A DNA stretch of 64,000 nt from the human T2T-CHM13v2.0 reference genome, Homo sapiens. The position numbers and the translations under genes are program-made. Location of the stretch: the NCBI RefSeq assembly GCF_009914755.1, contig NC_060933.1; one strand, given 5' to 3'. The notes beneath the pieces are model-generated. The model had not been told where the DNA came from, did not search any database, and saw only the letters and a program-made list of their open reading frames with translations. Numbering within the stretch: position 1 is the stretch's first letter; the number at the start of each line of letters is the position of its first letter. Shown here in pieces: positions 27,488-42,150 of this stretch.

Positions 27488-30400
27488 GGAATGGAATGGA
27501 ATGGAATGCAATGGAATGGAATCAACCCGAGTGCAATGGAATGGAGTGGAATGGAATGGAATGGAATGGAACAACCCGAATGGAATGGAATGTAATGGAG
27601 AGTAAGGGAGTTGAATAGAATCAATCCGAATGGAATGGAATGGAATGGAACGGAATGGAATTGAATGGAATGGAATGGAATGCAATGGAATGGAATCAAC
27701 CCGAGTGCAATGGAATGGAGAGGAATGGAATGGAATGGAATGGAAACTACCCGAATGGAATGAAATGTAATGGAGTGTAAGGGAATTGAATAGAATCAAT
27801 CCGAATGTAATGGAATGGAATGGAACGGAATGGAATGGAATGGAATGGAATGGAATGGAATGGAATGCAATGGAATGGAATCAACCCGAGTGCAATCGAA
27901 TGGAATCGAATAGAATGGAATGCAATGGAATGGATTCAACTTGAATGGAATGGAAAGAATGGAATAAACACGAGTGGAATGGCATGGATTGGAATGGAAT
28001 GGAATGGAATCAACCAGAGTACAGGGGAATGTATTGGAATGCAATGCAATGGAATGGAAGCATCCGTAGTGGAATGGAAATGAATGGAATGGAATGGAAT
28101 GGAATGGAATCAACTCGATTGCAATCGAATGGAATGGAATGGAATTAACCTGAATAGAATGGAATGGAATGGAATGGAACGGAACGGAATGGAATGGAAT
28201 GGAATGGAATGGAATGGAACCGAACGGAACGGAATGGAATGGAATGGAATGGAATGGAATGGAATCAACGCGAGTGCAGGGGAATGGAATGGAATGGAAT
28301 GCAATGGAATGGAATCTTCCGGAATGGAATGGAATGGAATGGAATGCAATGGATTCAACATGATTGCAATGGAATGGAATAGAATGGAATGGAATGGAAT
28401 GGAATGGAATGGAATGGAATGGAATGGAATTAACCCGAATAGAATGGAATGGAATGGAACGGAATGGAACGGAACGGAATGGAATGGAATGGAATGGAAT
28501 GGAATGGAATGGAATGGTATGGAATGGAATGGAATGGAATGGAATCAACGCGAGTGCAGGGGAATGTAATGGAAAGGAATGCAATGGAATGGAATCATCC
28601 GGAATGGAATGGAATGGAATGGAATCAACCCGAGTGCAATGGAATGGAGTGGAATGGAATGGAATGGAATGGAACAACCCGAATGGAATGGAATGTAATG
28701 GAGAGTAAGGGAGTTGAATAGAATCAATCCGAATGTAATGGAATGGAATGGAACGGAATGGAATGGAATGGAATGGAATGGAATGCGATGGAATGGAATC
28801 AACCCGAATACAATGGAATGGAATGGAATGGAATGGAATGGAATGGAATGGAATGGAATGGAGTGGAATTGAATGGAATGGAATGGCTTCAAACCGAATG
28901 GAAGGGAAAGGAATGGAATCAACACGATTGGAATGGAATGGAATGGAATGGAATGGAATGGAATGGAATGGTACGGAATAGAATGGAATTGAACGAAATG
29001 GAATGGAATGGAATGGAATGGAATGGAATGGAATGGAATGGAATGGAATGGATTCAACTCGAAAGGAATCAACTCGATTCCAAAGGAATGGAATGGAATG
29101 GAAAGGAATAGAATGGAATCAACCCGAGTGGCATGGAATGGAAAGGCTTGGAATGGATTGGAATGGAATGGAATGGAATGGAATCAAAGCGATTGGAATG
29201 GAATGGAATGGAATGGAATGGAATCAACTCGATTGCAATGGAATGGAATGGAATGGAATTTTAATGGAATGGAATGGAATTAACACGAATAGAATGGAAT
29301 GGAATGGAATGGAACGGAATGTAATGGAATGAAATGGAATGGAATCAACCCGAGTGCAGGGGAATGGAATGGAATGGAATGCAATGGAATGCAATCATCC
29401 GGAATGGAATGGAATGGAATGGAATGGAATGGAATGGAATGGAATCAACTCGATTGCAATGGAGTGGAATGGAATGGAAACGAATGGAAGGGAATGGAAT
29501 GGAATGTAATCAACCCGAGTGCAGGGGAATGGAATGGAATGGAATGCAATGGAATGGAATCATCCGGAATGGAATGGAATGGAATGGAATGCAATCAACC
29601 CAATGCAATGGAATGGAGTGGAATGGAATGGAATGGAATGGAATGGAAACATCCCGAATGGAATGGAATGTAATGGAGTGTAAGGGAATTGAATAGAATC
29701 AATCCGAATGTAATGGAATGGAATGGAATGGAATGGAATGGAGTGGAATGGAATGGAATCAACCCGAGTGCAATGGAATGGATTCGAATGGAATGGAATG
29801 GAATGGAATGGATTCAACAAGAATGGAATGGAAAGGAATGGAATCAACCCGAGTGTAATGGCATGGAATGGAATGGAATGGAATGGAATGGGATAGAATG
29901 GAATTTTACGGAATAGAATGGAATGGAATGAAATGGAATGGAATGGAATTTAATGGAATGGAATGGAATGAACCTGTGTGCAATGTAATGGAATGGAATG
30001 GAATGGAATGGATTCAACTCGAATGGAATCAACTCGATTGCAATGGAATGGAATGGAATGGAAAGGAATAGAATGGAATCAACCCGAGTGGAATGGAATG
30101 GAAACGACTGGAATGGAGTGGAATGGAATGGAATGGAATTAACCCGAATAGAATGGAATGGAATGGAACGGAATTTAATGGAATGAAATGGAATGGATTC
30201 AACCCGAGTGCAGGGGAATGGAATGGAATGGAATCAACTCGATTTCAATGGAATGGAATGGAATAGAATGGAATGGAATTAACACGAATAGAATGGAATG
30301 GAATTGAATGGAATGGAATGGAACGGAAAGGAATGCAATGGAATGGAATGGAATCAACCCAAGTGCAGGGGAATGGAATGGAATGGAATTCAATGGAATG

Positions 30401-32519
30401 GAATCATCCGGAATGGAATGGAATGGAATGGAATGGAATGGAATGGAATCAACCCGAGTGCAATGGAATGGAGAGGAATGGAATGGAATGGAATGGAAAC
30501 TACCCGAATGGAATGGAATGTAATGGAGTGTAAGGGAATTGAATAGAATCAATCCGAAAGTAATGGAATGGAACGGAACGGAATGGAATGCAATGGAATG
30601 GAATCAACCCGAGTGCAATCGAATGGAATCGAATGGAATGGAATGCAATTGAATGGATTCAACTTGAATGGAATGGAAAGAATGGAATCAACACGAGTGG
30701 AATGGCATGGAATGGAATGGAATGGATTGAAATAAACCCGAGTACAGGGGAATGGAATGGAATGGAATGCAATGGAATGGAATAATCCGTAATGTAATGG
30801 AAAGGAATGGAATGGAATGGAATGGAATGGAATGGAATGGAATGGAATGGAATCAACTCGATTGTAATGGATTGGAATGGAATGAAATGGAATGGAATGG
30901 AATGGAATGGAATGGAATGGAATGGAATGGAATGGAATGGAATTAACCCGAATACAATGGAGTGGAATGGAATGGAACGGAATGGAGTGGAATGGAATGG
31001 AATCAACCCGAGTGCAGGGGAATGGAATGGAATGGAATGCAATGGAATGGAATCATCCGGAATGGAATGGAATGGAATGGAATGCAAAGCAATGGAATCA
31101 ACTCGATTGCAATGGAATGGAATGGAATGGAAAGGAATACAATGGAATCAACCCGAGTGGAATGGAATGGAAAGGACTGGAATGGAGTGGAATGGAATGG
31201 AATGGAATGGAATGGAATCAACTCGATTGGAATGGAATGGAATGGAATGGAATGGAATGGAATTAACCCGAATAGAATGGAATGGAATGGAACGGAACGG
31301 AACGGAACGGAATGGAATGGAATAGAATGGAATGGAATAGAATGGAATCAACACGATTGGAATGGCATGGATTGGAATGGAATGGAATGGAATCAACCCG
31401 AGTACAGGGGAATGGAATGGAATGGAATGCAATGGAATGGAATCATCTGTAATGGAATGGAAAGGAATGGAATGGAATGGAATGGAACGGAATGGAATGG
31501 AATGGAATGGAATCAACTCGATTGCAATCGAATGGAATGGAATGGAATTAACCCGAATAGAATGGAATGGAATGGAATGGAACGGAACGGAACGGAATGG
31601 AATGGAATGGAATGGAATGGAACGGAAAGGAATGGAATGGAATGGAATGGAATGGAATGGAATGGAATCAACGCGAGTGCAGGGGAATGGAATGGAATCG
31701 AACGGAATGGAATGGAATGGAATGGAATCAACCCGAGTGCAGGGGAATGTAATGGAACGGAATGCAATGGAATGGAATCATCCGGAATGGAATGGAATGG
31801 AATGGAATGGAATCAACCCGAGTGCAATGAAATGGAGTGGAATGGAATGGAATGGAATGGAACAACCCGAATGGAATGGAATGTAATGGAGAGTAAGGGA
31901 GTTGAAAAGAATCAATCCGAAAGTAATGGAATGGAATGGAACGGAATGGAATGGCATGGAAAGGAATGGAATGGAATGGAATGGAATCAACCCGAGTGCA
32001 ATGGAATGGAGAGGAATGGAATGGAATGGAATGGAACTGAAAAGAATAAACCCGAGTGCAGGGGAATGGAATGGAATGGAATGCAATGGAATGGAATCTT
32101 CCGGAATGGAATGGAATGGAATGGAATGGAATGCAATGGATTCAACTCGATTGCAATGGAATGGTATAGAATGGAATGGAATGGAATGGAATGGAATTAA
32201 CCCGAATAGAATGGAATGGAATGGAATGGAACGGAACGGAACAGAACGGAATGGAACGGAATGGAACGGAATGGAATGGAATGGAATGGAATGGAATGGA
32301 ATGGAATGGAATTGTATGGAATGGAATGGAATGGTATGGAATAGAATGGAATGGAAAGAATTGCAATGGAATGGAAACGAATGGAATGGAATGGAATGGA
32401 ATGGAATCAACCCGAGTGTAGGGGAATGTAATGGAACGGAATGCAATGGAATGGAATCATCCGGAATGGAATGGAATGGATTGGAATGGAATGGAATGGA
32501 ATGGAATGGAATGGAATGG

Positions 32520-34530
32520 AATCAACCCGAGTGCAATGGAATGGAGTGGAAAGGAATGGAATGGAATGGAACAACCCGAATGGAATGGAATGTAATGGAG
32601 AGTAAGGGAGTTGAATAGAAACAATCCGAATGTAACGGAATGGAACGGAATGGAATGGAATGGAATGGAATGGAATGGAATGCAATGGAATGGAATCAAT
32701 CCAAGTACAATGGAATGGAATGGAATGGAATGGAATGGAATGGAATGGAATGGAAAGAATGGAATGGAATCAACCCGAGTGCAATGGAATGGAGAGGAAT
32801 GGAATGGAATGGAAACTACCCGAATGGAATGGAATGTAATGGAGTGTAAGGGAATTGAATACAATCAATCCGAATGGAATGGAATGGAATGGAACGGAAT
32901 GTAATGGAATGGAATGGAATGGAATCAACCCGAGTGCAGGGGAATGGAATGGAATGGAATGCAATGGAATGGAATCATCCGGAATGGAATGGAATGGAAT
33001 GCAATGGAATGGAATGGAATGGAATCAACCCGAGTGCAATGGAATGGAGTGAAATGGAATGGAATGGAATGGAGACAACCAGAATGGATTGGAATATAAT
33101 GGAGTGTAAGGGAATTGAATAGAATCAATCTGAATGTAATGAAATGGAATGGAACGGAATGGAATGCAATGGAATGGAATGGAATGGAATGGAATGCAAT
33201 GGAATGGAATCAACCCGAGTACAGGGGAATGGAATGGAATGGAATGCAATGGAATGGAATCATCCGTAATGGAATGGAAAGGAATGGAATGGAATGGAAT
33301 GGAATGGAATGGAATGGAATGGAATCAACTCGATTGCAATCGAATGGAATGGAATGGAATTAACACGAATAGAATGGAATGGAATGGAATGGAACGGAAC
33401 GGAACGGAACGGAACGGAATGGAATGGAATGGAATGGAATGGAATGGAACGGAAAGGAATGGAATGGAACGGAATGGAATGGAAAGGAATGGAACGGAAC
33501 GGAATGGAATGGAATGGAATTGAATGGAATGGAATGGAATCAACCCAACTGCAGGGGAATGGAATGGAATGGAATGCAATGGAATGGAATCATGCGGAAC
33601 GGAATGCAATGGAATGGAATGGAATCAACACGAGTGCAATGGAATGGAATTGAATCAACACGAGTGCAATGGAATGGAGTGGAATGGAATGGAATGGAAT
33701 GGAATGGAACTACCCGAATGGAATGTAATGTAATGGAGAGTAAGGGAGTTGAATAGAATCAATCCGAAAGTAATGGAAAGGAATGGAAAGGAATGGAATG
33801 GAATGGAATGGAATGCAATGGAATGGAATCAAACCGAGTACAATGGATTGGAATGGAATGGAATGGACTGGAATGGAATGGAATCAACACGAGTGCAATG
33901 GAATGGAGTGGAATGGAATGGAATGGAATGGAACAAAGCGAATGGAATGGAATGTAATGGAGAGTAAGGGAGTTGAATAGAAACAATCCGAATGTAATGG
34001 AATGGAACGGAATGGAATGGAATGGAATGCAATGGAATGGAATGGAATGGAATGGAATGCAGTGGAAGAGAATCAACCCGAGTACAATGGAATGGAATGG
34101 AATGGAATGGAATGGAATGGAATGGAATGGAAAGAATGGAATGGAATCAACCCGAGTGCAATGGAATGGAGAGGAATGGAATGGAATGGAATGGAAACTA
34201 CCCGAATGGAATGGAATGTAATGGAGTGTAAGGGAATTGAATAGAATCAATCCAAATGGAATGGAATGGAATGGAACGGAATGTAAAGAATGGAATGGAA
34301 TGGAATCAACGCGAGTGCAGGGGAATGGAATGGAATGGAATGCAACGGAATGGAATCATCAGGAATGGAATGGAATGGAATGCAATGGAATGGAATGGAA
34401 TGGAATCAACCCGAGTGCAATGGAATGGAGTGAAATGGAATGGAATGGAATGGAAACAACCAGAATGGATTGGAATATAATGGAGTGTAAGTGAATTGAA
34501 TAGAATCAATCTGAATGTAATGAAATGGAA
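32520..34530 (+). repeat. ~1.37 kb-spaced duplication
   Basis: Private variants ttgaatagaaacaatccg (32611, 33973), ccagaatggattggaatataatgg (33079, 34460) and caatctgaatgtaatgaaat (~33126, ~34507). Confidence 0.8.
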
Positions 34531-37500
34531 TGGAACGGAATGGAATGGAATGGAATGGAATGGAAAGCAATGGAATGGAATCAACCCGAGTGCAATCGAA
34601 TGGAATCGAATGGAATGGAATGCAATGTAATGGATTCAACTTGAATGGAATGGAAAGAATGGAATCAACACGAGTGGAATGGCATGAATTGGAATGGAAT
34701 GGAATGGAATCAACCCGAGTACAGGGGAATGGAATGGAATGGAATGCAATGGAATGGAATCATCCGTAATGGAATGGAAAGGAATGGAATGGAATGGAAT
34801 GGAATGGAATGGAATGGAATCAACTCGATTGCAATCGAATGGAATGGAATGGAATTAACCCGAATAGAATGGAATGGAATGGAATGGAACGGAACGGAAC
34901 GGAACGGAACGGAATGGAATGCAATGGAATGGAATGGAATGGAACGGAAAGGAATGGAATGGAATGGAATGGAATGGAATGGAATGGAATGGAATGGAAT
35001 CAACCCGACTGCAGGGGAATGGAATGGAATGGAATGCAAAGGAATGGATTCAACTTGAATGGAATGGAAAGAATGGAATCAACACGAGTGGAATGGCATG
35101 GATTGGAATGGAATGGAATGGAATCAACCCGAGTACAGGGGAATGGAATGGAATGGATTGCAATGGAATGGAATCATCCGTAATGGAATGGAAAGGAATG
35201 GAATGGAATGGAATGGAATGGAATGGAATGGAATGGAATGGAATGGAATCAACTCGGTTCCAATCGAATGGAATGGAAAGGAAATAACCCGAATAGAATG
35301 GAATGGAATGGAATGGAACGGAACGGAACGGAACGGAACGGAATGGAATGGAATGGAATGGAATGGAATGGAATGCAATGGAATGGAATGGAATGGAATG
35401 GAATGAAATGCAATGGATTCAACTCGATTGAAATGGAATGGAATAGAATGGAATGGAATGGAATGGAATGGAATTAACCCGAATAGAATGGAATGGAATG
35501 TAATGGAATGGAACGGAATGGAACGGAATGGAATGGAATGGAATGGAATGGAATGGAATGGTATGGAATGGAATGGAATGGTACGGAATAGAATGGAATG
35601 GAAGGAATTGTAATGGAATGGAATTGAATGGAATGGAATGGAATGGAATGGAATCAACGCGAGTGCATGGCAATGTAATGGAACGGAATGCAATGGAATG
35701 GAAACATCCGGAATTGAATGGAATGGAATGGAATGGAATGGAATCAACCCGAGTGCAATGGAATGGAGTGGAATGGAATGGAATGCAATGGAACAACCCG
35801 AATGGAATGGAATGTAATGGAGAGTAAGGGAGTTGAATAGAATCAATCCGAATGTAATGGAATGGAATGCAACGGAATGGAATGGAATGGAATGCAATGG
35901 AATGGAATCAACCCGAGTACAATGGAATGGAATGGAATGGAATGGAATGGAATGGAATGGAATGGAATGGAATTGAATGGAATGGAATGCCTTCATACCG
36001 AATGGAATGGAAAGGAATGGAATCAACACGAGTGGAATGGAATGGAATGGAATGGAATGGAATGGAATGCAATGGAATGGTACGGAATAGAATGGAATGG
36101 AACGAAATGGAATGGAATGGAATGGAATAGAACGGAATGGAATTGAATGGAATGGAATGGAATGGAATCGTTCCGAGTGGAATAGGAGGGAATGTATTCG
36201 AGTGGAATGGAAAGGAATGGAATCAACCAGAGTGGAATGGAAGGGAATGGAAAGGAATGGAAACTAATAGAATGGAATCAACCTGAGTGGAATGGAATGC
36301 AAAGGACTGGAATGGAATTGCATGGAATCGAATGGAATCAACTCGATTGTAATGGATTGGAATGGAATGGAATGGAATGGAATGGAATTAACCGGAATAC
36401 AATGGAATGGAATGGAATGGAACGGATTGGAGTGGAATGGAATGGAATCAACCCGAGTGCAGGGGAATGGAATGTAATGGAATGCAATGGAATGAAATCA
36501 TCCGGAATGGAATGGAATGGAATGGAATGCAAAGCAATGGAATGAACTCGATTGAAAAGGAATGGATTGGAATGGAAAGGAATACAATGGAATCAACCCG
36601 AGTGGAATGGAATGGAAAGGACTGGAATGGAGTGGAATGAAATAGAATGGAATGGAATGGAATCAACTCGATCGGAATGGAATGGAATGGAATGGAATGG
36701 AATGGAATGGAATTAACTCAAATAGAATGGAATGGAATGGAACGGAACGGAACGGAACGGAATGGAATGGAATGGAATGGAATGGAATTAACCCGAGTAC
36801 AGGGGAATGGAATGGAATAGAATGCAATGGAATGGAATCATCCGTAATGGAATGGAAAGGAATGGAATGGAATGGAATGGAATGGAATGGAATGGAATGG
36901 AATCAACGCGAGTCAGGGGAATAGAATGGAATCGAATGGAATGGAATGGAATGGAATGGAATCAACCCGAGTGCAGGGGAATGTAATGGAACGGAATGCA
37001 ATGGAATGAAATCATCCGAAATGGAATGGAATGGAATGGAATGGAATCAACCCGAGTGCAATTGAATGGAGTGGAATGGAATGGAATGGAATGGAACAAC
37101 CCGAATGGAATGGAATGTAATGGAGAGTAAAGGAGTTGAAAAGAATCAATCCGAAAGTAATGGAATGGAATGGAACGGAATGGAATGGAATGGAATGGAA
37201 TGGAATGGAATGGAATCAACTCGATTGCATTCGAATGGAATGGAATGGAATTAACCCAAATAGAATGGAATGGAATGGAATGGAACGGAATGGAACGGAA
37301 CGGAATGGAATGGAATGGAATGGAATGGAATGGAATGGAATGGAATGGAACGGAACGGAATTGAATGGAATGGAATGGATTGGAAGTGAAAAGAATAAAC
37401 GCGAGTGCAGGGGAATGGAATGGAATGGAATGCAATGGAATGGAATCTTCCGGAATGGAATGGAATGGAATGGAATGGAATGGAATGGAATGCAATGGAT

Positions 37501-38589
37501 TCAACTCGATTGCAATGGAATGGAATAGAATGGAATGGAATGGAATGGAATGGAATGGAATTAACCCGAATAGAATGGAATGGAATGGAGTGGAAACTAC
37601 CCGAATGGAATGGAATGCAATGGAATGGAATCAACCCGAGTGCAATGGAATGGAGAGAAATGGAATGGAATGGAGTGGAAAGTACCCGAATGGAATGGAA
37701 TGTAATGGAGTGTAAGGGAATTGAATAGAATCAATCCGAATGTAATGGAAAGGAATGGAACGGAATGGAATGGAATGGGATGGAATGGAATGGAATGGAA
37801 AGGAATGCAATGGAATGGAATCAACCCGAGTGCAATCGAATGGAATCGAATGGAATGGAATGCAATGGAATGGAATCAACTCGATTGCAATCGAATGGCA
37901 TGGAATGGAATTAACCCGAATAGAATGGAATGGAATGGAATGGAACGGAATGGAATGGAATGGAATGGAATGGAATGGAATGGAACGGAACGGAATGGAA
38001 TGGAATGGAATGGAATGGAATCAACGCGAGTGCAGGGGAATGGAATGGAATGGAATGCAATGCAATGGAATGGAATGGGATCAACGCGAGTGCAGGGGAA
38101 TGGAATGGAATGGAATGCAATGGATTGGAATCTTCCGGAATGGAATGGAATGGAATGGAATGGAATGAAATGCAATGGATTCAACTCGATTGCAATGGAA
38201 TGGAATAGAATGGAATGGAATGGAATGGAATGGAAGGAACCCGAATAGAATGGAATGGAATGCAATGGAACGGAATGGACCGGAATGGAATGGAATGGAA
38301 TGGAATGGAATGGTATGGAATGGAATGGAATGGTACGGAATAGAATGGAATGTAACGAATTGTAATGGAATGGAATAGAATGGAATGGAATGGAATGGAA
38401 TGGAATTAACCCGAATAGAATGGAATGGAATGGAACGGAATGGAACGGAATGGAATGGAATGGAATGGAATGGAATGGAATGGAATGGTATGGAATGGAA
38501 TAGAATGGTACGGAATAGAATGGAATGGAACGAATTGTAATGGAATGGAATTGAATGGAATGGAATGGAATGGAATGGAATCAACGCGA

Positions 38590-41500
38590 GTGCAGGGGAA
38601 TGTAATGGAACGGAATGCAATGGAATGGAATCATCCGGAGTGGAATGGAATGGAATGGAATGGAATGGAATGGAATGGAATCAACCCGAGTGCAATGGAA
38701 TGGAGTGGAAAGGAATGGAATGGAATGGAAGAACCCGAATGGAATGGAATGTAATGGACAGTAAGGGAGTTGAATAGAATCAATCCGAATGTAATGGAAT
38801 GGAATGCAACGGAATGGAATGGAATGGAATGGAATGGAATGGAATGGAATGGAATGCAAAGGAATGGAATCAACCCGAGTGGAATGGCATGGAATGGAAT
38901 GCAATGGAATGGAATGGAATGGAATCAACTCGAGTGGAAAGGAATGGAATGGAATGGAAAGGAATGGAATGAAGTCAACTCCAGTGGAATGGAATGGAAT
39001 GGAATGGATTGGAATGGATTGCAATGGAATGAAATGGAATGGAATGGAATGGAATCAATCATTCCGAGTGGAATGGAAGGGAATGTAATGGAGTGGAAAG
39101 AAGGGAATGGAATCAACCCGAGTGGAATGCAAGGCAATGGAATGGAATGGAAAGGAATGGAAAGCAATCAACTCGATTGCAATGGAATGGAATGGAATGG
39201 AATGGAATGGAATGGAATTAAGCGGAATAGAATGGAATGGAATGGAATGGAACGGAATGGAAAGAACACGAGTGCAGGGGAATGGAATGGAATGGAATGC
39301 AATGGAATGGAATCATCCGGAATGGAATGGAATGGAATGGAATAAACTCCATTGCAATGGAATGGAATGGAATGGAATGGAATAGAATGGAATGGAATTA
39401 ACCCGAATAGAATGGAATGCAATAGAATGGAATGCAACGGAACCGAATGGAGTGGAACGGAATGGAATGGAATCAACCCGAGTACAGGGGAATGGAATGG
39501 AATGGAATGCAATGGAATGGAGTCATCCGTAATGGAATGGAAAGGAATGGAATGGAATGGAATGGAATGGAATGGAATGGAATGGAATGGAATCAACTCG
39601 ATGGCAATGGAATGGAATGGAATGGAATTAACCCGAATAGAATGGAATGGAATGGAATGGAACGGAACGGAATGGAATGGAATGGAATGGAATGGAATGG
39701 AACGGAACGGAATGGAATGGAATGGAATGGAATGGAATCAACGCGAGTGCAGGGGAATGGAATGGATTGGAATGTAATGGAATGGAATCATCCGGAATGG
39801 AATGGAATGGAATGGAATGGAATGAAAGGCAATGGATTCAACTCGATTGCAATGGAATGGAATACAATGGAATGGAATGGAATGGAATGGAATTGAATGG
39901 AATGGAATGCCTTCAAACCGAATGGAATGGAAAGGAATGGAATCAACACGAGTGGAAAGGAATGGAATGGAAAGGAATGGAATGGAATGGAATGGTACGG
40001 AATAGAATGGAATGGAACGAACTGGAATGGAATGGAATGGAATGGAATCGTTCCGAGTGGAATAGGAGGGAATGTATTCGAGTGGAATGGAAAGGAATGG
40101 AATCAACCAGAGTGGAATGGAAGGGAATGGAATGGAATGGAAACTAATAGAACGGAATCAAGCCGAGTGGAATGGAATGGAAAGGACTGGAATGGAATGG
40201 AATGGAATGGAATCAACTCGATTGTAATGGAATGGAATGGAATGGAATGGAATGGAATGGAATGGAATGGAATTCACCCGAATAAAATGGAATGGAATGG
40301 AATGGAAGGGAATGGAGTGGAATGGAATGGAATCAACCCGAGTGCAGGGGAATGGAATGGAATGGAATGCAATGGAATGGAATCATCCGGAATGGAATGG
40401 AATGGAACGGAATGGAATGGAATGGAATGGTATCAACCCGAGTGCAGGGGAATGTAATGGAACGGAATGCAATGGAATGGAATCATCCGAAATGGAATGG
40501 AATGGAATGGAATGGAATGGAATCAACCCGAGTGCAATGGAATGGAGTGGAATGGAATGGAATGGAATGGCACAACCCGAATGGAATGGAATGTAATGGA
40601 GAGTAAGGGAGTTGAATAGAATCAATCCGAATGTAATGGAATGGAATGCAACGGAATGGAATGGAATGGAATGCAATGGAATGGAATGGAATGGAATGCA
40701 AAGGAATGGAATCAACCCGAGTGGAATGACATGGAATGGAATGCAATGGATTGGAATGGAATGGAATCAACTCGAGTGGAAAGGAATGGAATGGAATGGA
40801 ATGGAAAGGAATGGAATGAAGTCAACTCGAGTGGAATGGAATGGAACGGAATGGATTGGAATGGATTGCAATGGAATGAAATGGAATGGAATGGAATGGA
40901 ATCAATCATTCCGAGTGGAATGGAAGGGAATGTAATGGAGTTGAAAGAAGGGAATGGAATCAACCCGAGTGGAATGCAAGGCAATGGACTGGAATGGAAA
41001 GGAATGGAATGGAATCAACTCGATTGCAATGGAATGGAATGGAATGGAATGGAATGGAATGGAATTAATCGGAATAGAATGGAATGGAATGGAATGAAAT
41101 GGAAGGGAATGGAATCAACACGAGTGCAGGGGAATGGAATGGAATGGAATGCAATGGAATGGAATAATCCGGAATGGAATGGAATGGAATGGAATCAACT
41201 CCATTGCAATGGAATGGAATGGAATGGAATGGAATAGAATGGAATGGAATTAACCCGAATAGAATGGAATGCAATAGAATGGAATGCAACGGAACCGAAT
41301 GGAGTGGAATGGAATGGAATGGAATCAACCCGAGTACAGGGGAATGGAATGGAATGGAATGCAATGGAATGGAGTCATCCGTAATGGAATGGAAAGGAAT
41401 GGAATGGAATGGAATGGAATGGAATGGAATGGAATCAACTCGATGGCAATCGAATGGAATGGAATGGAATTAACCCGAATAGAATGGAATGGAATGGAAT

Positions 41501-42150
41501 GGAACGGAACGGAACGGAATGGAATGGAATGGAATGGAATGGAATGGAACGGAACGGAATGGAATGGAATGGAATGGAATGGAATCAACGCGAGTGCAGG
41601 GGAATGGAATGGAATGGAATGTAATGGAATGGAATCTTCCGGAATGGAATGGAATGGAATGGAATGGAATGAAAGGCAATGGATTAAACTCGATTGCAAT
41701 GGAATGGAAGAGAATGGAATGGAATGGAATGGAATAGAATGGAATGGAATGGAATGCCTTCAAACCGAAAGGAATGGAAAGGAATGGAATCAACACGAGT
41801 GGAAAGGAATGGAATGGAAAGGAATGGAATGGAATGGAATGGTACGGAATAGAATGGAATGGAACGAACTGGAATGGAATGGAATGGAATGGAATGGAAT
41901 GGAATGGAATCGTTCCGAGTGCAATAGGAGGGAATGTATTCGAGTGGAATGGAAAGGAATGGAATCAACCAGAGTGGAATGGAAGGGAATGGAATGGAAT
42001 GGAAACTAATAGAATGGAATCAACCCGAGTGGAATGGAATGGAAAGGACTGGAATGGAATGGAATGGTATGGAATGGAATGGAATCAACTCGATTGTAAT
42101 GGAATGGAATGGAATGGAATGGAATGGAATGGAATGGAATGGAATTAACC
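38590..42150 (+). repeat. ~1.85 kb tandem duplication (2 copies)
   Basis: tcaatcattccgagt at 39055 and 40902 (1847 apart). gaagtcaact, actccattgc, aaccgaatggagt and aacgaactgg occur in both copies. Confidence 0.88.

Noticed and set aside
30962-32200. Long ORFs (412 aa here; also 25438-26607, 47331-48374 and hundreds more) encoding poly(MEWNG) or poly(IPFHS)
   Set aside because: (GGAAT)n has no stop codon in any frame and contains ATG every 5 bp, so long ORFs are expected by construction. There is no domain content. The same pentapeptide is reported for SCA31 (TGGAA)n repeats, but nothing here shows translation.
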